From contig NW_003314261.1 of the NCBI RefSeq assembly GCF_000143415.4, forward strand, positions 1,372,586-1,436,585: a DNA stretch of 64,000 nt, given 5' to 3'. The translations under genes and the position numbers were made by a program. The notes beneath the pieces were generated by a model. It did no database searches. It was not told the origin of the DNA and saw only the letters and a program-made list of their open reading frames with translations. Of the stretch, positions 12,882-25,691 are shown piece after piece; position 1 is the first letter of the stretch, and each line of letters starts with the position of its first letter. This DNA is from Selaginella moellendorffii. Taxonomy: Eukaryota; Plantae; Lycopodiophyta.

Positions 12882-13806
12882 ATGAGACTCAAATTTCTCA
12901 TAATTTTCTCTTTGTTTCGTTACCTTGAGGGCAAGCTTGAGGATGGTGGGACTGCAAATGTTATACCAGTTGGAGATCCACGGGATGTTATTTTGTTTAC
13001 ACTAGATCAAGTGATAGATTCTATTAGTCATGATTATAGTTACTCATATGGACAGGCATTCGCATATTTTAACATGATTGGGTCATTCCGTGTGCTTGTA
13101 GCTGCATGGTTTCTCAACCCTGTTAATGATGAAGGATATTGTAGTGGTCAATTTAACAGAAATGGTGGTGCTAGTGGAGATGACATAACAACTGGTTTAT
13201 ACCCAATTTATCATGTTTTGAAGGATAAAACTCAATGGCAAGGTTTTGATAGTTGTTAATGCGAATTTTATGGTTCTTTATTTTCTAGAGTATGGATAAA
13301 AAATACCTAAGATGTCAATAGAACAACTTACAAACAAAACTCAGATGGTAGAAAAAATTCCTCAAGACTTATATGATTGTTGGATTATGTACTCAAGCCT
13401 TATTTCTGGAGAGGATTATAATAAATTTTCTTTTATGAATCCTGGCACTTTGAAACTTTCACCAAATAAAAAGTATGAGTTAGTATTGCTTAGTAATTGT
13501 GAAATTCAATTATTAGATGTGCAAAATAAATTTGCATATTGGAATAGTAATACTGGTAATTATGGACAATATGGTTGTATATTAAGGCTTCAAACAGATG
13601 GTAATTTGGTATTGTATAAAAGAAATGGAGATCCACTATATACAATTAATAAATATTGCTCACCTTCACCATGTGAACTACCATCTATTCTTACTATACA
13701 AGATGATGGAAATTTAGTGTTGTATCGTAGTTTATCAGGGATTGTAGACTTTGTTATCTACTATAAAAAAAATAAATTGCTATGCATTCTATGTAGCAAA
13801 GTTTAG
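12882..13806 (+). pseudogene. Secreted protein with unknown N-terminal domain and bulb-type (GNA/B-) mannose-binding lectin domain, disrupted
   Basis: Signal-peptide-like MRLKFLIIFSLF; QTDGNLVLY and QDDGNLVLY (QxDxNxVxY). The two ORFs join through one in-frame TAA (13257-13259) and a +1 A in the run at 13297-13303. Confidence 0.72.
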
Positions 13807-14450
13807 TTTTCTTAATAGTAGTGTTATTCTTACTTATTAATCCAATTAATCAAATAAATTTTATAAATATAATCATGTTTATAATTTATAATCACAAGAT
13901 TAATCTTATTACATTTCAACCATTAGATGATAGAATAAAAAATAATATACTAGAAAGGGTTTCAGAAATTTTATAAATTATGAATATGTTTATAAATTAT
14001 AAATACAAAATTAATCTAAATGAATAACAACCATTAGATGGTAGAATATTCTAGAATATCCTATACTAAGCAAACTTAATATATAAGATAAAATTACATT
14101 TAGATTTTTCTTTAATTTATGAATGTTAAATAGATATATTTTACAGTCCTAATAAAATAGATGATTTATTTTTTGAATTTAAAGTAGAATTGTTTTGTAT
14201 GCTTAAAAATATGTGGAGGAGGTAAAAAAGTTTTATTTCTATTTTTGGTTTAAAACAATATGCTTTGATATTCTGATATATTCTACTATTTAATTATTGA
14301 TATTTAGATTAATCCTATTTAGAAGCTATAAGATTATAATTTTTAAACTTTCTTAAACATCTTTTATACTTTATATACAGTTATATTATTTTGTAATTAT
14401 AGATTATAAATATTTTTGTAGTTTATGAACTTTCTTAAACATCAATACTT
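13806..14450. repeat. AT-rich foldback-like repeat with internal direct and inverted sub-repeats
   Basis: 13806-14060 is an inverted copy of 1370-1600; 14270-14370 resembles the same unit in the opposite orientation. Confidence 0.55.
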
Positions 14451-16178
14451 TATTACAGCCCACAAAATGCTCAGGAAAAAGATGATGTGAATTCCTCTTC
14501 TTTGGATGAGGATCATTAAATATGATTTCTCTAACCTAGAGTTATTTTTCTTTTTGGATAGTTATACCACTTAGCAGCCATTAGCAAGGAAACTCTTTTT
14601 GAATCTTCCCTAGTTTTTCTATCGAAAACATTTTTGTGTTAAGAGTATGAACTCCTCATTGTTTTCTTTTATTTTTATTTTTTCTGTTCTTTCTTAGCTA
14701 TGGGTTTACCAATTTAAAGGTGACAATTAAAGTGCAAAGAGAATTAAATAAAAACCTTAGCAAGTATTTCATTTTCTTTCATTAAAAAAGAGGTTCTAAT
14801 GACCTCATCAATATGGAAAACAGTAACAAACTTCCACTCGAAAGTTAAGTTTGATTTTTAAAAGGTGCAAGTGTTTTAGAAGCAATGTGAGAAACAGAAA
14901 CCAACTTTCTCTTTATCAAATTAAAATGATCTAGAACCTGCTGTATTATAATAATATACATTTAAAATACATAAACAAACTAAGTGTTGCTACAATGTAA
15001 AGTGCAACAGATTTTTATTTTGTTTCTTAGATTCTCCTCAGTTTTACTGGTGTGTTTTTTTGTAACAATTATTCTAAATATGCTAATATGATTTTGGTTT
15101 TTGGTTTATTATATTATGTCTACTGGTGCCTCTTAAGTTTCAAGTTCTTCTAGTTCTTCAATATTACAATGAAAGCTCTAGATGTTTCACCAGATTTACC
15201 ATCATCTTTGAGAGAGGAGAATAATATGAATTTTGTGAATATCTTAATGTATAAAAGTGTGATTGGAATGAATTTTCTTATATATAAAAGGTCTACAAGT
15301 TCTTGTGGTGGTGTTAACAACCTAATTGAAGTTTCAGATGCTCTTCAAGAAAATCATATAATTATATGCAAATGTAAGTGGTAAGTGTTCGGGAAAAAAT
15401 TATCACTAAAAAGTTATAAAGGTAAAATTAATACTGTTACATTTTAGACATAGTTTATTGCAAATGATGAATTCAAATATTAACAGACATTAGTGTTAAA
15501 ACAGCAAACATAAGTTGTAATATTAGTATAAGAATTACAAAATCACTATTCCCACCTTAGTAAAAAGGCTTTTAGAGTTGATCAAAGGGCTTGGGACTCA
15601 AATGTAGCAGCACTGGGCATTTTGTGCCAAGTTGAGATGGGACTCCATTCAGTGTCACTCCTTTGACATTGAACAAACTAGCTGCATTATTTAAAGCACT
15701 TTCTATAGTGTTAAAAAAAACACACCATCAAAGTTACAGTTGCAGACGTCAGCGATTACCATGCTCTGTTGAGCTGTCGTTGTGCTGGCAGTCCAGGCTG
15801 GACAGGCCCAACTACCAATCTCGTCAGCAAGACTCCACATGCCCTGCAGCAAACAAAAGATAAGAAAACCATTGACCGCCAAAATATCGCCGAGGCATAT
15901 CCCTCCCCCATTCAAACCCGTTCCCTCTGGTCAAGGAGGACCAAAGCAAAGGACCCAATGTAGGTCCTATTTCTTATATCACAAGGAAAGTGGACATTAC
16001 AGTGGTGCCTAGTAGTACCCCTCTAAAACCAACCAACAAATCAATAGCCAGAGGCTGACATGCCACCCCGGACTCCATCTCCAACGCCACCTCGGGCCCC
16101 CATCTCGGGCACCTGATGCCACGCAATGAGTTCTCCGGCAACCAACCTGTGTTGTGGAAAAAAATGGGAAACCTTCCT

Positions 16179-17762
16179 CTAGCTCTCTGTACTCGTCTCC
16201 TCAATCTCTCGTTCTTCCCGTCCTCGTCGATCATCATCGCCGCGGCGGGGCTTGAGAGTGACCAGGCATCCATCCCTGGGGACAATGGTGGGCACGTAGA
16301 GGATCTCGTCGCAGCCGGGCGTCCGGACCCTCTCCCACTCGACCATGCTGGAGAAGAGCGCGGTGAAGAGCACGAGATGGTTGATGGCGTACCTCTGGCC
16401 GAGACACTGGTGCGATCCCGCGCCGAACAGCAGCCAGTTCCGCTTGAACGCCACGTCCTCGAGCCGCGCCGCCGAGAATCTATCCGGATCGAACGCGTAC
16501 GGCTCCCTAAACCCCTGGAACGACGACTCCAACAGCGACGGGAAGACGATGGCCCCCTTGGGAACAGTGTACGAGTCCGTGATGGGGAAATCCACGCTCG
16601 CAATGTGTGGCACCATGGTCGCCGGCGGCCTGTAGCGAAGCACCTCCTTCACCACCATTTCCGTGTACTTCATCTCGCGCAGGAGCTCTGACCCCACCGG
16701 GGTGGCGGGGTCAAAGTTTGATCCAAATTCTCCTTCTCCTCCTCTGCGAAGAGATCTTTGCTCGTCGAGGATCTTGCCGAGCACTTGCGGGTTTGATTCG
16801 AGCAGCGCGCAAACCCACACGAGGGACGAGGTGGAAGCGTCCTGTGCCGCGAAGAGGAAGTCAAATATGTGCTGCCCGACCTGGCGGTCCGAGCTGTGCG
16901 GCGGCGGCGGCGAGCCCGACTCCCGGGCGGCGCGGATCTCCGCCAGCGTCTCCGCCATCCAAAAGTCCATGAGGCACGCCGGCTGCTCGCCCGGGGTGCT
17001 CATCCGCCGCTTGCTCCGCGCCGCGCACTCCCCCAGCGTCGCCACCAGCCGCTCCACCGCCTGCTTGGCGCGGCGGAAGGCGAAGCCCGGGAGATCGATC
17101 GGCAGCGCCAGGAGGCCGAGGTTGAAGAGGTTGTAATCCCGCGTGAAGTGCTCGCGCGCTCGCGGATCCAGGTATGGTCCCACGAACACCTCCTGGGACG
17201 TCTCGAGATTCATGTCGCGGCAGAGGCTCCTCATCGCCACTGGGCGCTGGTGGATCGAGCTCGAGGAATTGGCGAGCCAGCGATGGATGTGCTTGCGGAT
17301 GGTGCGCTCCTGGATGGCGACGTAGACGCCCAGCGCCTTCCAGGTGAAGAGCGGCGCGAGACGGCGCCGGAGATCCTTGTGCTCCTCCCCAAACATGAAG
17401 ATGAGATTCTCCTCGCCAAAGAGCTTCTTCCCGAATGGGTGACCCACGAGATGGAATGCCTCGGGCCGGACATTCGCGAAGATCTTGTGTGAGAGCTCCG
17501 CGTCGCGGACAAAGAGGATGAATCGCCCCAGGATCACGTCCCAGGACAGGCCCCAGGGGCTGCTCCTGGCCCGGATCGCCTGGCGCTCCCAGAAGCCCGT
17601 GGGATCGGCCACCATGGCCGCCACATTGCCCAGGAACGGGATCACCAGCCGCGGCCCGGGCAAATGCGCGCCCTTGCGGATGTAGCCCAGCTGCTCCCAC
17701 GCCAGCGCGCACAGCACCAAGCTCGACGCCACAAGCAGGCAACTCCACGCCCAATCCTCCAT
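16179..17762 (-). CDS. CYP710A: Cytochrome P450 CYP710, sterol C-22 desaturase, intronless
   Basis: GHPFGKKLFGE.NLI, DFLFAAQDASTSS (I-helix typical of CYP710/CYP61), EVLR, FDPDRF, heme motif FGAGSHQCLG. Confidence 0.96.
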   Translation of the reverse strand: MEDWAWSCLLVASSLVLCALAWEQLGYIRKGAHLPGPRLVIPFLGNVAAMVADPTGFWERQAIRARSSPWGLSWDVILGRFILFVRDAELSHKIFANVRPEAFHLVGHPFGKKLFGEENLIFMFGEEHKDLRRRLAPLFTWKALGVYVAIQERTIRKHIHRWLANSSSSIHQRPVAMRSLCRDMNLETSQEVFVGPYLDPRAREHFTRDYNLFNLGLLALPIDLPGFAFRRAKQAVERLVATLGECAARSKRRMSTPGEQPACLMDFWMAETLAEIRAARESGSPPPPHSSDRQVGQHIFDFLFAAQDASTSSLVWVCALLESNPQVLGKILDEQRSLRRGGEGEFGSNFDPATPVGSELLREMKYTEMVVKEVLRYRPPATMVPHIASVDFPITDSYTVPKGAIVFPSLLESSFQGFREPYAFDPDRFSAARLEDVAFKRNWLLFGAGSHQCLGQRYAINHLVLFTALFSSMVEWERVRTPGCDEILYVPTIVPRDGCLVTLKPRRGDDDRRGREEREIEETSTES

Positions 17763-18894
17763 CCGCTGCCGCCCCGCCGCCGCCGCGCTGTCGTCCTCGA
17801 TCGCCGCGGATCAACCCCGGCCGCCCGCCGCGCCCACGAGGAAGAACCCTAATCACCATCCCTGCCAATATATCGGCGCCATCCCCTCCGCCTCGGCCCC
17901 GCCGCCCACCCGCCCGGCCCCCATAGCCGCCCGGAAGACGGAAGATTCCAACCACCACGGAACATTCCGTCGAGCTAGCAGAATATTCTGTCAGCCCGGC
18001 GGAATATCCCGCAGACATTCTGCCGGGAATATTCGCCGCAAGCATGGGTGACAGGGGGATTTTACCCTCTCCCCTCCCCTGCTGCCGCGCAGAGCCACAC
18101 GGTGGTGCGGGCACGCAGAGTAAGTGAGTACGTGCATTTTCTCTCCTTTGTCGGGATGTTCGGGGCTCGATTCCCGTGCGGGGCAGTCTGGGCTGGATGG
18201 CGACACCAAGAACCCTAAAAATAAAATGATGGTGGGCCAAAAGAAAGCTCTTGTGTGAGGATCTTAGTTGGATTGGTTGGATTCTCTGGTATTCGAGGCC
18301 ATATCACATGTGGATGGCCACCCACGCCCCCACATTTATATGGGGCTTGAATGATTGTTGGGTCCCCGCCATCCTCCAAAAGCTAAAGGGGTATGTTATA
18401 GTTTTTTGTGATCTTGGCTGGAGCTTTCCATGAACAAGGAAGGGGGGGGAATCTTCGGATAGAGAGAAATCATGGAAATCATTTAGCCCAGCATCTGGTT
18501 GTTTCTCTTGGAACGAGAGAGATTCCAAACTTTCTCCGGATAGAGAGGCGGGGAAGGCGATGTGGATGGATGGATGGATGGATAGACAAAGGCCACTTCA
18601 CTTGACGCTCTGTCTCGTAATGTACAAGAGGAAGGAAAGATAAAACGAAAAAACACAGCTACGTGAGAAACAAACAAAAGAGAGAAGAAGAAGAAAAAAG
18701 CGAGAAAATCCCAAACCCGAACGAGTCCAAGGAAGGACCCCGTGTGCTGCTGCTGCTGCTATTGCTGTTGCTACTGCTGCCTGTGCCAATTGTACACTTG
18801 CCATCGATCAAGCAACCCTTGTTCTTCGTGATTCGTGACCAAGTTGAGCTTCCACCACTCCGCAAAAGCAAAAGTATCGCCAGATGATCTCTCG

Positions 18895-21384
18895 TCAGTG
18901 ATCCCACCCGTCTCGTCGAGTGCCAAACTCCCACTTCCGCACGGGCACCCTCCCGAACAACTTGGCGAACCTCGCCAGGCACTGGCTGCGCTTGTCGTAG
19001 TGTGTCTTTGTATCCTTGCTGATGGCTGCGCCTGAGAACCTCGACGTGTCGACCGCCCAGGAGGGGTGGACATACTCCACTGTCCGGGACGTGGTGCCAT
19101 TCGCCAGCAGAAAGTTGAGCAGGATGTCTTCGCAGTTGAATAGCTCGTCCACCACGGCACGGGCCTGCTCCACATCCGGACTCCAGTATCTTTCAAATGC
19201 CGTCTGCCCGTCCATAAAGCCTGCCCCTGTGAGAATCATGTTGTAGCCTTTGCCCCGCCGAGCGTGCCTCTCGTTTCTGTACTCGAGCGGATCACCATCA
19301 ATAAGCCGGGGGTAAAAGCCGACGATGCGCCCCGGCTTCTCCCTCCACGACCTGAATGCCCTCTCAACGTCATCGCAAGTCACCATAATGTCGTCATCCA
19401 GCTCGAACACCCCCCTCGTCTTGATGAGCGGGTCTGGCTTAAACCTGTTGTTCAGCGAGTTCGTTGGCTCCACCCGGATCCTGACGGGAACAGCCGAGTC
19501 GAAGTCACTGGGGTCTGGCGGCGTCCCGTGGTTCCAGACCACCACGATCTCTTGCACCGACGGGCACCGCGAGTAGTGCTTGATATACATCTTCAGGTTC
19601 CATATCCTGGCGTCGTACGTCATCGTAAGCATGGTAAACTGCGAGTAGACGCCTTGCACTGGATAAGGCTCGTCGGCACCGCTACCGCCGAAGAAGCACC
19701 TGACCGCCACACAGATGGAGGCCACGCACATTGTAGTTACCAGGAAGCACAGCCAGAGCCGGAAGCAGAGGTTGGAACGCAAGCGATTGCGGAACGGAAG
19801 ACTGTCCCTGTTGATTCTCAACACTGTCCTGTGCAACCTTGAGGAGAGTGGAACCCTTATCCACGACGTCAGCGAAGCATCCCCTCTCTTTCCAAGGCTC
19901 ATATACTTTGGAGAAGTCACGCAGAATCCCAGGAGCCAGCCTACCGCCACGTTCAAGAGCACCAAAAACAGCAGGGCCGCAGCACCAAAATAAATCCGCA
20001 CCGACAAGTCGCCTGACGGCACCCTGTCTCCGTCCATCACTGCAATCCAGTTCCCGGATGGCAGCTTCTGTGCGTCCAGATGGTGGTGCCTCACCCCATT
20101 CCATGCATACCTCCCTTTATGAGACTCTTCAAAACTGAAGCTAACCTCTACTTCCCTGAACTTGTCCTTCGTGAGGGTCTCCACGCGAAACAGCTTCACC
20201 CGGCTACCATACGTGGAGCCACAGTCTTGACCCGGCCTGTAGATGTGACCGTTGTATATAAACGGCCTCCCAGCATTGCGAGCACCTAAGCTCTTGTCAC
20301 CATTCCGAACTGGATTCCCCCTGTGCTGCTTCCACGTACCCAGGGGACTTGAAGAGTACCACACCTCGAGCTCACCATTTTTGCGGGAGCCAAAACGCTG
20401 GAAGTTCGACGCAAAGATCCAGAACAGGCCGTTGTACTCCACCATAGCCGCGTCAACCAGTGGTTTGCGAATGAGAACTTTTTCGAGGGTCCACTGCAGC
20501 GGGAACTGGACGGCTCGATAAAGCCTTAGATCGCCTTGGGAGCTGCCTTCTGGCATCATGTAAACCTGGCATGCAAACCCTGCCGAAAGTGAGTTCCGCA
20601 CTTAAGAGCATGGCCACATAGCCTCTTACCTGGCCATCATGATCGAAAACAAAGGGATACGACAAATGCCACGGCTCGTCCAATGCGATGCCAAGTGTTT
20701 TCCATGTAGCTCCCTGATCAAGGCTTTCGGCAACCCCAATATCTCCTTGCATCGTGACGGAATTCTTCGTCTCATAAAATATGTACATGCTCTCGTCCTT
20801 AAGAAAACGGGAATCAACACCATAAAAAAATAACGGAGAGAATCTGATAGCGACGACTTACGCGGAGATAGAGGAAGGGGTCCGCCACAAAGTTGCTTGC
20901 GTGGTTCCCATCAGATGCGGATGCGCAAGTGAGCACGGGGTTTGCCACTGGCCAGGCTGACCCGGCATCATTGTTCACGCTTAGCTGTTCAAAGAAAAGC
21001 AAGGTTAAAGTCGTCTATAAGAAAAGAAGGAACTAAGCAAACCTTTTCCAGGGGTTCTAGGCTGAACGGGCTAGCTCCTTGAAAGACTCCAATGGCCCAG
21101 GAACCCTCATTATCAGGCTGACACCCGCTCCCAGCCACGGCTAGCCTCTGGTACTGATACGGCGAGAAAGTGAGCCACGCGAAGAGCATGCCCACGCCAC
21201 CAAACACCGCAAAGGAGCACAGGAAGAAGAGGAATGGCGACGACAAAAGGCAATCTCCATGGCGAAGCTTGTCATGGCACTTGGAGCAGCAGCCTGGATT
21301 CGTCCATCGCCACTTGCAGCGACACCTGGTTCCCGGGACATCGCAGCAGTCTGGCGAGGAGAAATTACCCCTCATCCCTCCCAT
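18895..21384 (-). CDS. GINT1: Glucosamine inositolphosphorylceramide transferase (GT64 family with N-terminal beta-propeller), 4 exons
   Basis: GCQPDNEGSWAIG, NFVADPFL, IALDEPWHLSYPFVF, RNAGRPF; GT64 domain SLNNRFKPD, ELDDD, FNCEDILLN. Confidence 0.9.
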
Positions 21385-22062
21385 CTCCTGGCCGGTGACC
21401 AAAACAGAGGGGAATCAGACCATAAAGGGGGCGGCAGCGATCTAAAAGGGGAAGATCTCTCACTCACCGATATTGCGGCATCGATTTTCATCGTCGTCGC
21501 GATCCTGACAGCATAATGGAATATTTCGGGCTCTTCGTGCTACATTGACGTGATCCACTGATCGCTCGGCGCTATCGATCGATCGATCGTCGCTGCCGCC
21601 GATGCGCGATAATCCTAATCCCCCCGCTACCTATCCCCCTAGCGCTTGCGCGACGCGGCCACAGAATGCGCGATGACGATCGCCTGCGCTAGAAGAGGAT
21701 CAGGATCATCACATTCCTCCGCGGTCGCCTTGTCCAAAAATGTCAAAACCCTAGAGACTCTATTCAAGCGCTCCTTCGGTTGTTCCCTCCCCCATCTTTT
21801 TCTTTTTCGCGAGAGGAACAGGAAAGAAATCTGGCAGCGCCGAGGATCGAACCGGGACCGCCTGTGGACCGCCACGTCAGGATAACGGTCATGTTTCTTC
21901 GAGTTTTGTTACAACTGGTCGCGTCGCGCGCGTCGCTATTTCAACCGATCCAGCTGGTTTACCACTACCTCACTGGGATCTTTCCTGCCATGTGCAGCGT
22001 ACATTCTCTGCTCAAAGCATCTATGAGAATATGCAAATTTATTTTAGGGCAGGGCGAGCGAG

Positions 22063-23239
22063 ATGGAGCACGAAGGAGTGGCGCCATCGCCAGCGCCAGC
22101 ATTGTCCGTGAGGGCGCTGCAATTCAGCTACCCAGGTCAGGCTCCCTTCGTCGCGGATCTGTCGCTGGCGCTGCTTCCTGGGACGCGATGCCTGCTCGTC
22201 GGAGCGAATGGAGCGGGTGCGTGATCGATGTGAGCTACATTTTGACTGGAAATCTGTGCAGGCAAGACGACTCTGCTGCGGATTTTCGCTGGTAAGCACC
22301 TCGTCGGTGGGAAAGACGTCGTCCAGGTGCTCGGAAGATCGGCATTCCATGATACCGCGCTTACTTGCGATGGAGACCTTGCATACCTCGGAGAGTCTTG
22401 GAATCGTCCTATCGGCTCAGCGGTATTTTCTTTTCTCCTTTGTAAGCCTATAAGCTTGTGGCCTTGCTGAGAAGCTCTTTTTTTTTTTTTTTCTCCAAGG
22501 GTGATGTGCCATTGCAAGGGGATTTTACAGCAGAACACATGATCTTTGGTGGTAAGTTCTATCGTTTCTTTTGGGATTCTTTTTTGTTCGATGCCTCGAT
22601 CCAAAACTCTTCCTGTTTTGTACGCAGTCGAAGGAATCGATCCGGATAGACGACAAAGATTGATAGATCTTTTGGATATCAACCTGCAGTGGAAAATGCA
22701 TAAAGTTTCCGATGGTCAGCGTCGCCGCGTACAAATTTGCATGGGGCTTCTGCGACCTTATAAGGTGCGGATGTTTTCCATAGATTCGGCTCGCAAATGA
22801 TTGATAATCAAGGATGTAGGTTCTCTTGCTGGACGAGATCACTGTGGATTTAGACGTGGTTGGAAGGATGGACTTGCTGAGCTTTTTTATAGAGGAATGC
22901 ACAGAGGTATGCAACACAAAATCTTGATGATATTTTTTTGGAGGCTGAGAGGCTGCTTGGATGCCGTAGAGAGGGTGCACCATTGTTTATGCAACACACA
23001 TTTTTGATGGATTGGAGGCCTGGGCAACACACCTGGCCTATGTGGTTGATGGAAAACTTGAGCGGTTTACCATGGCTTCTGACCTTCTTAGTACTGGCGA
23101 TTCCGTTAAGAGCCTTCTAAATATTATCGAGCCATGGCTCAGAGACGAGAGGAAGGTTAGAGAGTCTCGGCCGAAATCCTCCCTGCCAGTGCAAGCCTCA
23201 CCTTGGGCTTCTAGTCGTCATATGGCTTATTATCGCTGA
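22063..23239 (+). CDS. Soluble ABC ATPase, ABCI19/20/21 (NAP/Caf16-like) subfamily, 6 exons
   Basis: Walker A GANGAG/KTT, signature [11 protein letters not shown], Walker [22 protein letters not shown]-terminal RHMAYYR. Confidence 0.9.
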
Positions 23240-23452
23240 ACCTTGAATCTAATGAGCTCTTCTGTTTTAACACTTACTATAGATGATACGAATGTGGAAG
23301 AACTCGTAACAGAAAGCAAGCTGACTTTGCATTATGATCAAAAACTGGTGAGGAAAAACACAAAGAAAGAAAGGCAAAGATTTTTCACTAAGCTTTTGCT
23401 ATATCTCCCCGACTGAGACTGTGAATCGGTGCTTGCAGACACAAGCTGGGCC

Positions 23453-24007
23453 TCAAAAGGAAAATCTTGGCAAGCCTTCGTCGTTGATCTCCATACCACC
23501 GAGAGATGGCAGCATCCTGCTCAAGTCCATGACGGGCTCTTGAAAGCTGGACATTATGTCGATGTCGCTGAAAGTGCCGAGCCTCTCTGGGATGTAGATG
23601 GGATTTCTTCTTGGGGGCGTATTCATGGACAACTTGAGAATATGAGGCGGCACCAGGATTCTGTTGGACTCTGGCTCGGGGACGGAAGCACAGCTCTGCC
23701 GGGACTTCGATCGAACAGTGCCGACTTTGGTATCGTTGCTGCAACTTCTGCCAGTGAGCTCCTGAACCAGAGATCGAAAATTGGCGGCGTCCGTCTTTAT
23801 GACAGTGGGATTGAAGATGTGAACTACTCTAATGACCGGCACGCGGTGCCTTGGGGGACGCTCAGAATGACCATCACTGCCATCGCTACTACTAGTGCTG
23901 CTGCTGCTACTGCTGCTGCTGCTAGAAGGCGAAGAAGAAGGAGAGATCGACTTGAGGATGGTGTGAGAGCCTTTGCTGGTCCTATGAAGATTTCTTCCGT
24001 ACTCCAT
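23453..24007 (-). CDS. VQ-motif protein, intronless
   Basis: VVHIFNPTVIKTDAANFRSLVQELTG (FxxxVQxLTG); poly-Ser encoded by (AGC)n. Confidence 0.88.
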   Translation of the reverse strand: MEYGRNLHRTSKGSHTILKSISPSSSPSSSSSSSSSSTSSSDGSDGHSERPPRHRVPVIRVVHIFNPTVIKTDAANFRSLVQELTGRSCSNDTKVGTVRSKSRQSCASVPEPESNRILVPPHILKLSMNTPPRRNPIYIPERLGTFSDIDIMSSFQEPVMDLSRMLPSLGGMEINDEGLPRFSF

Positions 24008-25691
24008 ACCGTCAGACGGGGAAACAACGTGAAAATGCAGGAGGCTTAAGAGCATTCCAGGTTCTCCCGAAGCACAAACAAGGCAAACGAACAAGAACAA
24101 GAACAAGAGCTTCTCTCTAGCGATTGGCGCGGGGAATTTCAAGAGTGTTCTTGGAAAGAGTAGCAGCAGACAGGGTGCTCGAAAGCAGGAGACGATAAAT
24201 ATATAAGCTTGTGGAGGTGGGAACAAGGGAGCTCACAAGAAAAGAGCGTGCCTATATCCTGGCCTTTGCTCATAAAAGCAGAGCCAATCGTGGCACAGGG
24301 ACGAGGGAGAGATCAAGCAGGAAATCGGGGGCCTCAGACAGGGGGTGATGGCGAATCTAGGTCCCACAAGACACGCAAAACATTCAAGGAGATGATTAAG
24401 TTGGCTGCCTCCTTCCAGGTGGATCATCTTACAGACAAAGGCAAAGTTGCAGCAGGGGGGATATCAAGCAAGCAAGCAATCAAACAAGCAAACATACGCG
24501 AGCAGGGACAAAAGCAAAAAGAGGGAAATGGTGGAAAAAAGGGGTGAAAAATCTCACTTTCAGGTTGGTTGCGATAAAGCGAAAAGCATGGTTTCGAATG
24601 CGACCAGTCCAACGAAGTAGGTGTGGAAATTCTTTCTATCATTTGGCTGATCATCTACTAATCATACGTTTTCCCACAGAGAAGTTTTCGAGTTTTCCGA
24701 TCGGTCCCGGATTACCATCCTGTGATCTCATTCGATAGTGAGAGAGCCGACAGCGACAAAGGTGATTAGGTGCTAAGACAACAAACCGACGGGGCGACAC
24801 AAGCGGTAACTTGTGTTTTCCTGCTCTACGAGATAACAAAAGACTTGTGTTTGATGTGCGTGCTGCAGGTTGGTAACCTGCGCTGAACGACTAAACATTG
24901 AGTGAGTGAGCTCTGTTTTTTCTTTGTCTTTACGGGCGCTCATTCATTGCTTGCTGTGTTGATCGTGGTGCTAGTTAAACGTTGAAAAAACCACACTGGC
25001 TAGCTGGCTGGATGCATGCATTGGTGCTCTCAAACAAGGAACGACGAGCTAGAAGCAAGACAGAAACCACAGAGGCGCGACAGAGAAAGGTACCCCGCTA
25101 TTGCAACAGGTACCAGAATTAGAACGGTGTGGGGTCTTCTCTCACAAATGGCGTTGCGTGCGGCCGATTCTTCAATTTTTTACCTTCGCAGCAGAGCTCC
25201 TAGTGCCGACAAACGACCATGGTGGTGGTGGTTTCGATCTCGAGTAAGATTCTCCCAGTTTGATGCTTAAAAATCTCTCTTTTACTGACTAGCTGTGTTC
25301 CAGATCTTGGTACTACGACCTCAGATAATCTGCCATGGCACACAAGAGCACACAAGAGCGAATAATAGGAAGATAAGCACAACAAACACGTACGGAAGGG
25401 GCCGGGGAAGGAGTACGACACGCCGCGTCGGGTTTTGTTTTGTCGCCGAATGTGGGGGCATCCGTTAGACCTGCCGGGACTGACGCCCACAGCCATGTCA
25501 TTCGTCTTCCTCGTAACCGGCAGCACAGCCGCCAGCTAGCGAGCAGCCGTTACAGATAGAAGATTTACTCAAGGTCCCACATCGTGCGCGCAGCGATCGC
25601 TCTGAGTAAATCACGCAACGCAAAGTTTTGCTGATAAACGCAAAGAAGCAAGTAAGTACCTCTCTCTCTCTATCTCCGTTTTCTCACGCTT

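Noticed and set aside
15169-15384. Possible copia RT remnant (YKSVIG...)
   Set aside because: Similarity too weak to support by eye; no LTR or flanking domains.
15630-15960. Exon-like minus-strand segment with splice-like signals downstream of CYP710
   Set aside because: No convincing ORF; could be UTR or a decayed fragment.
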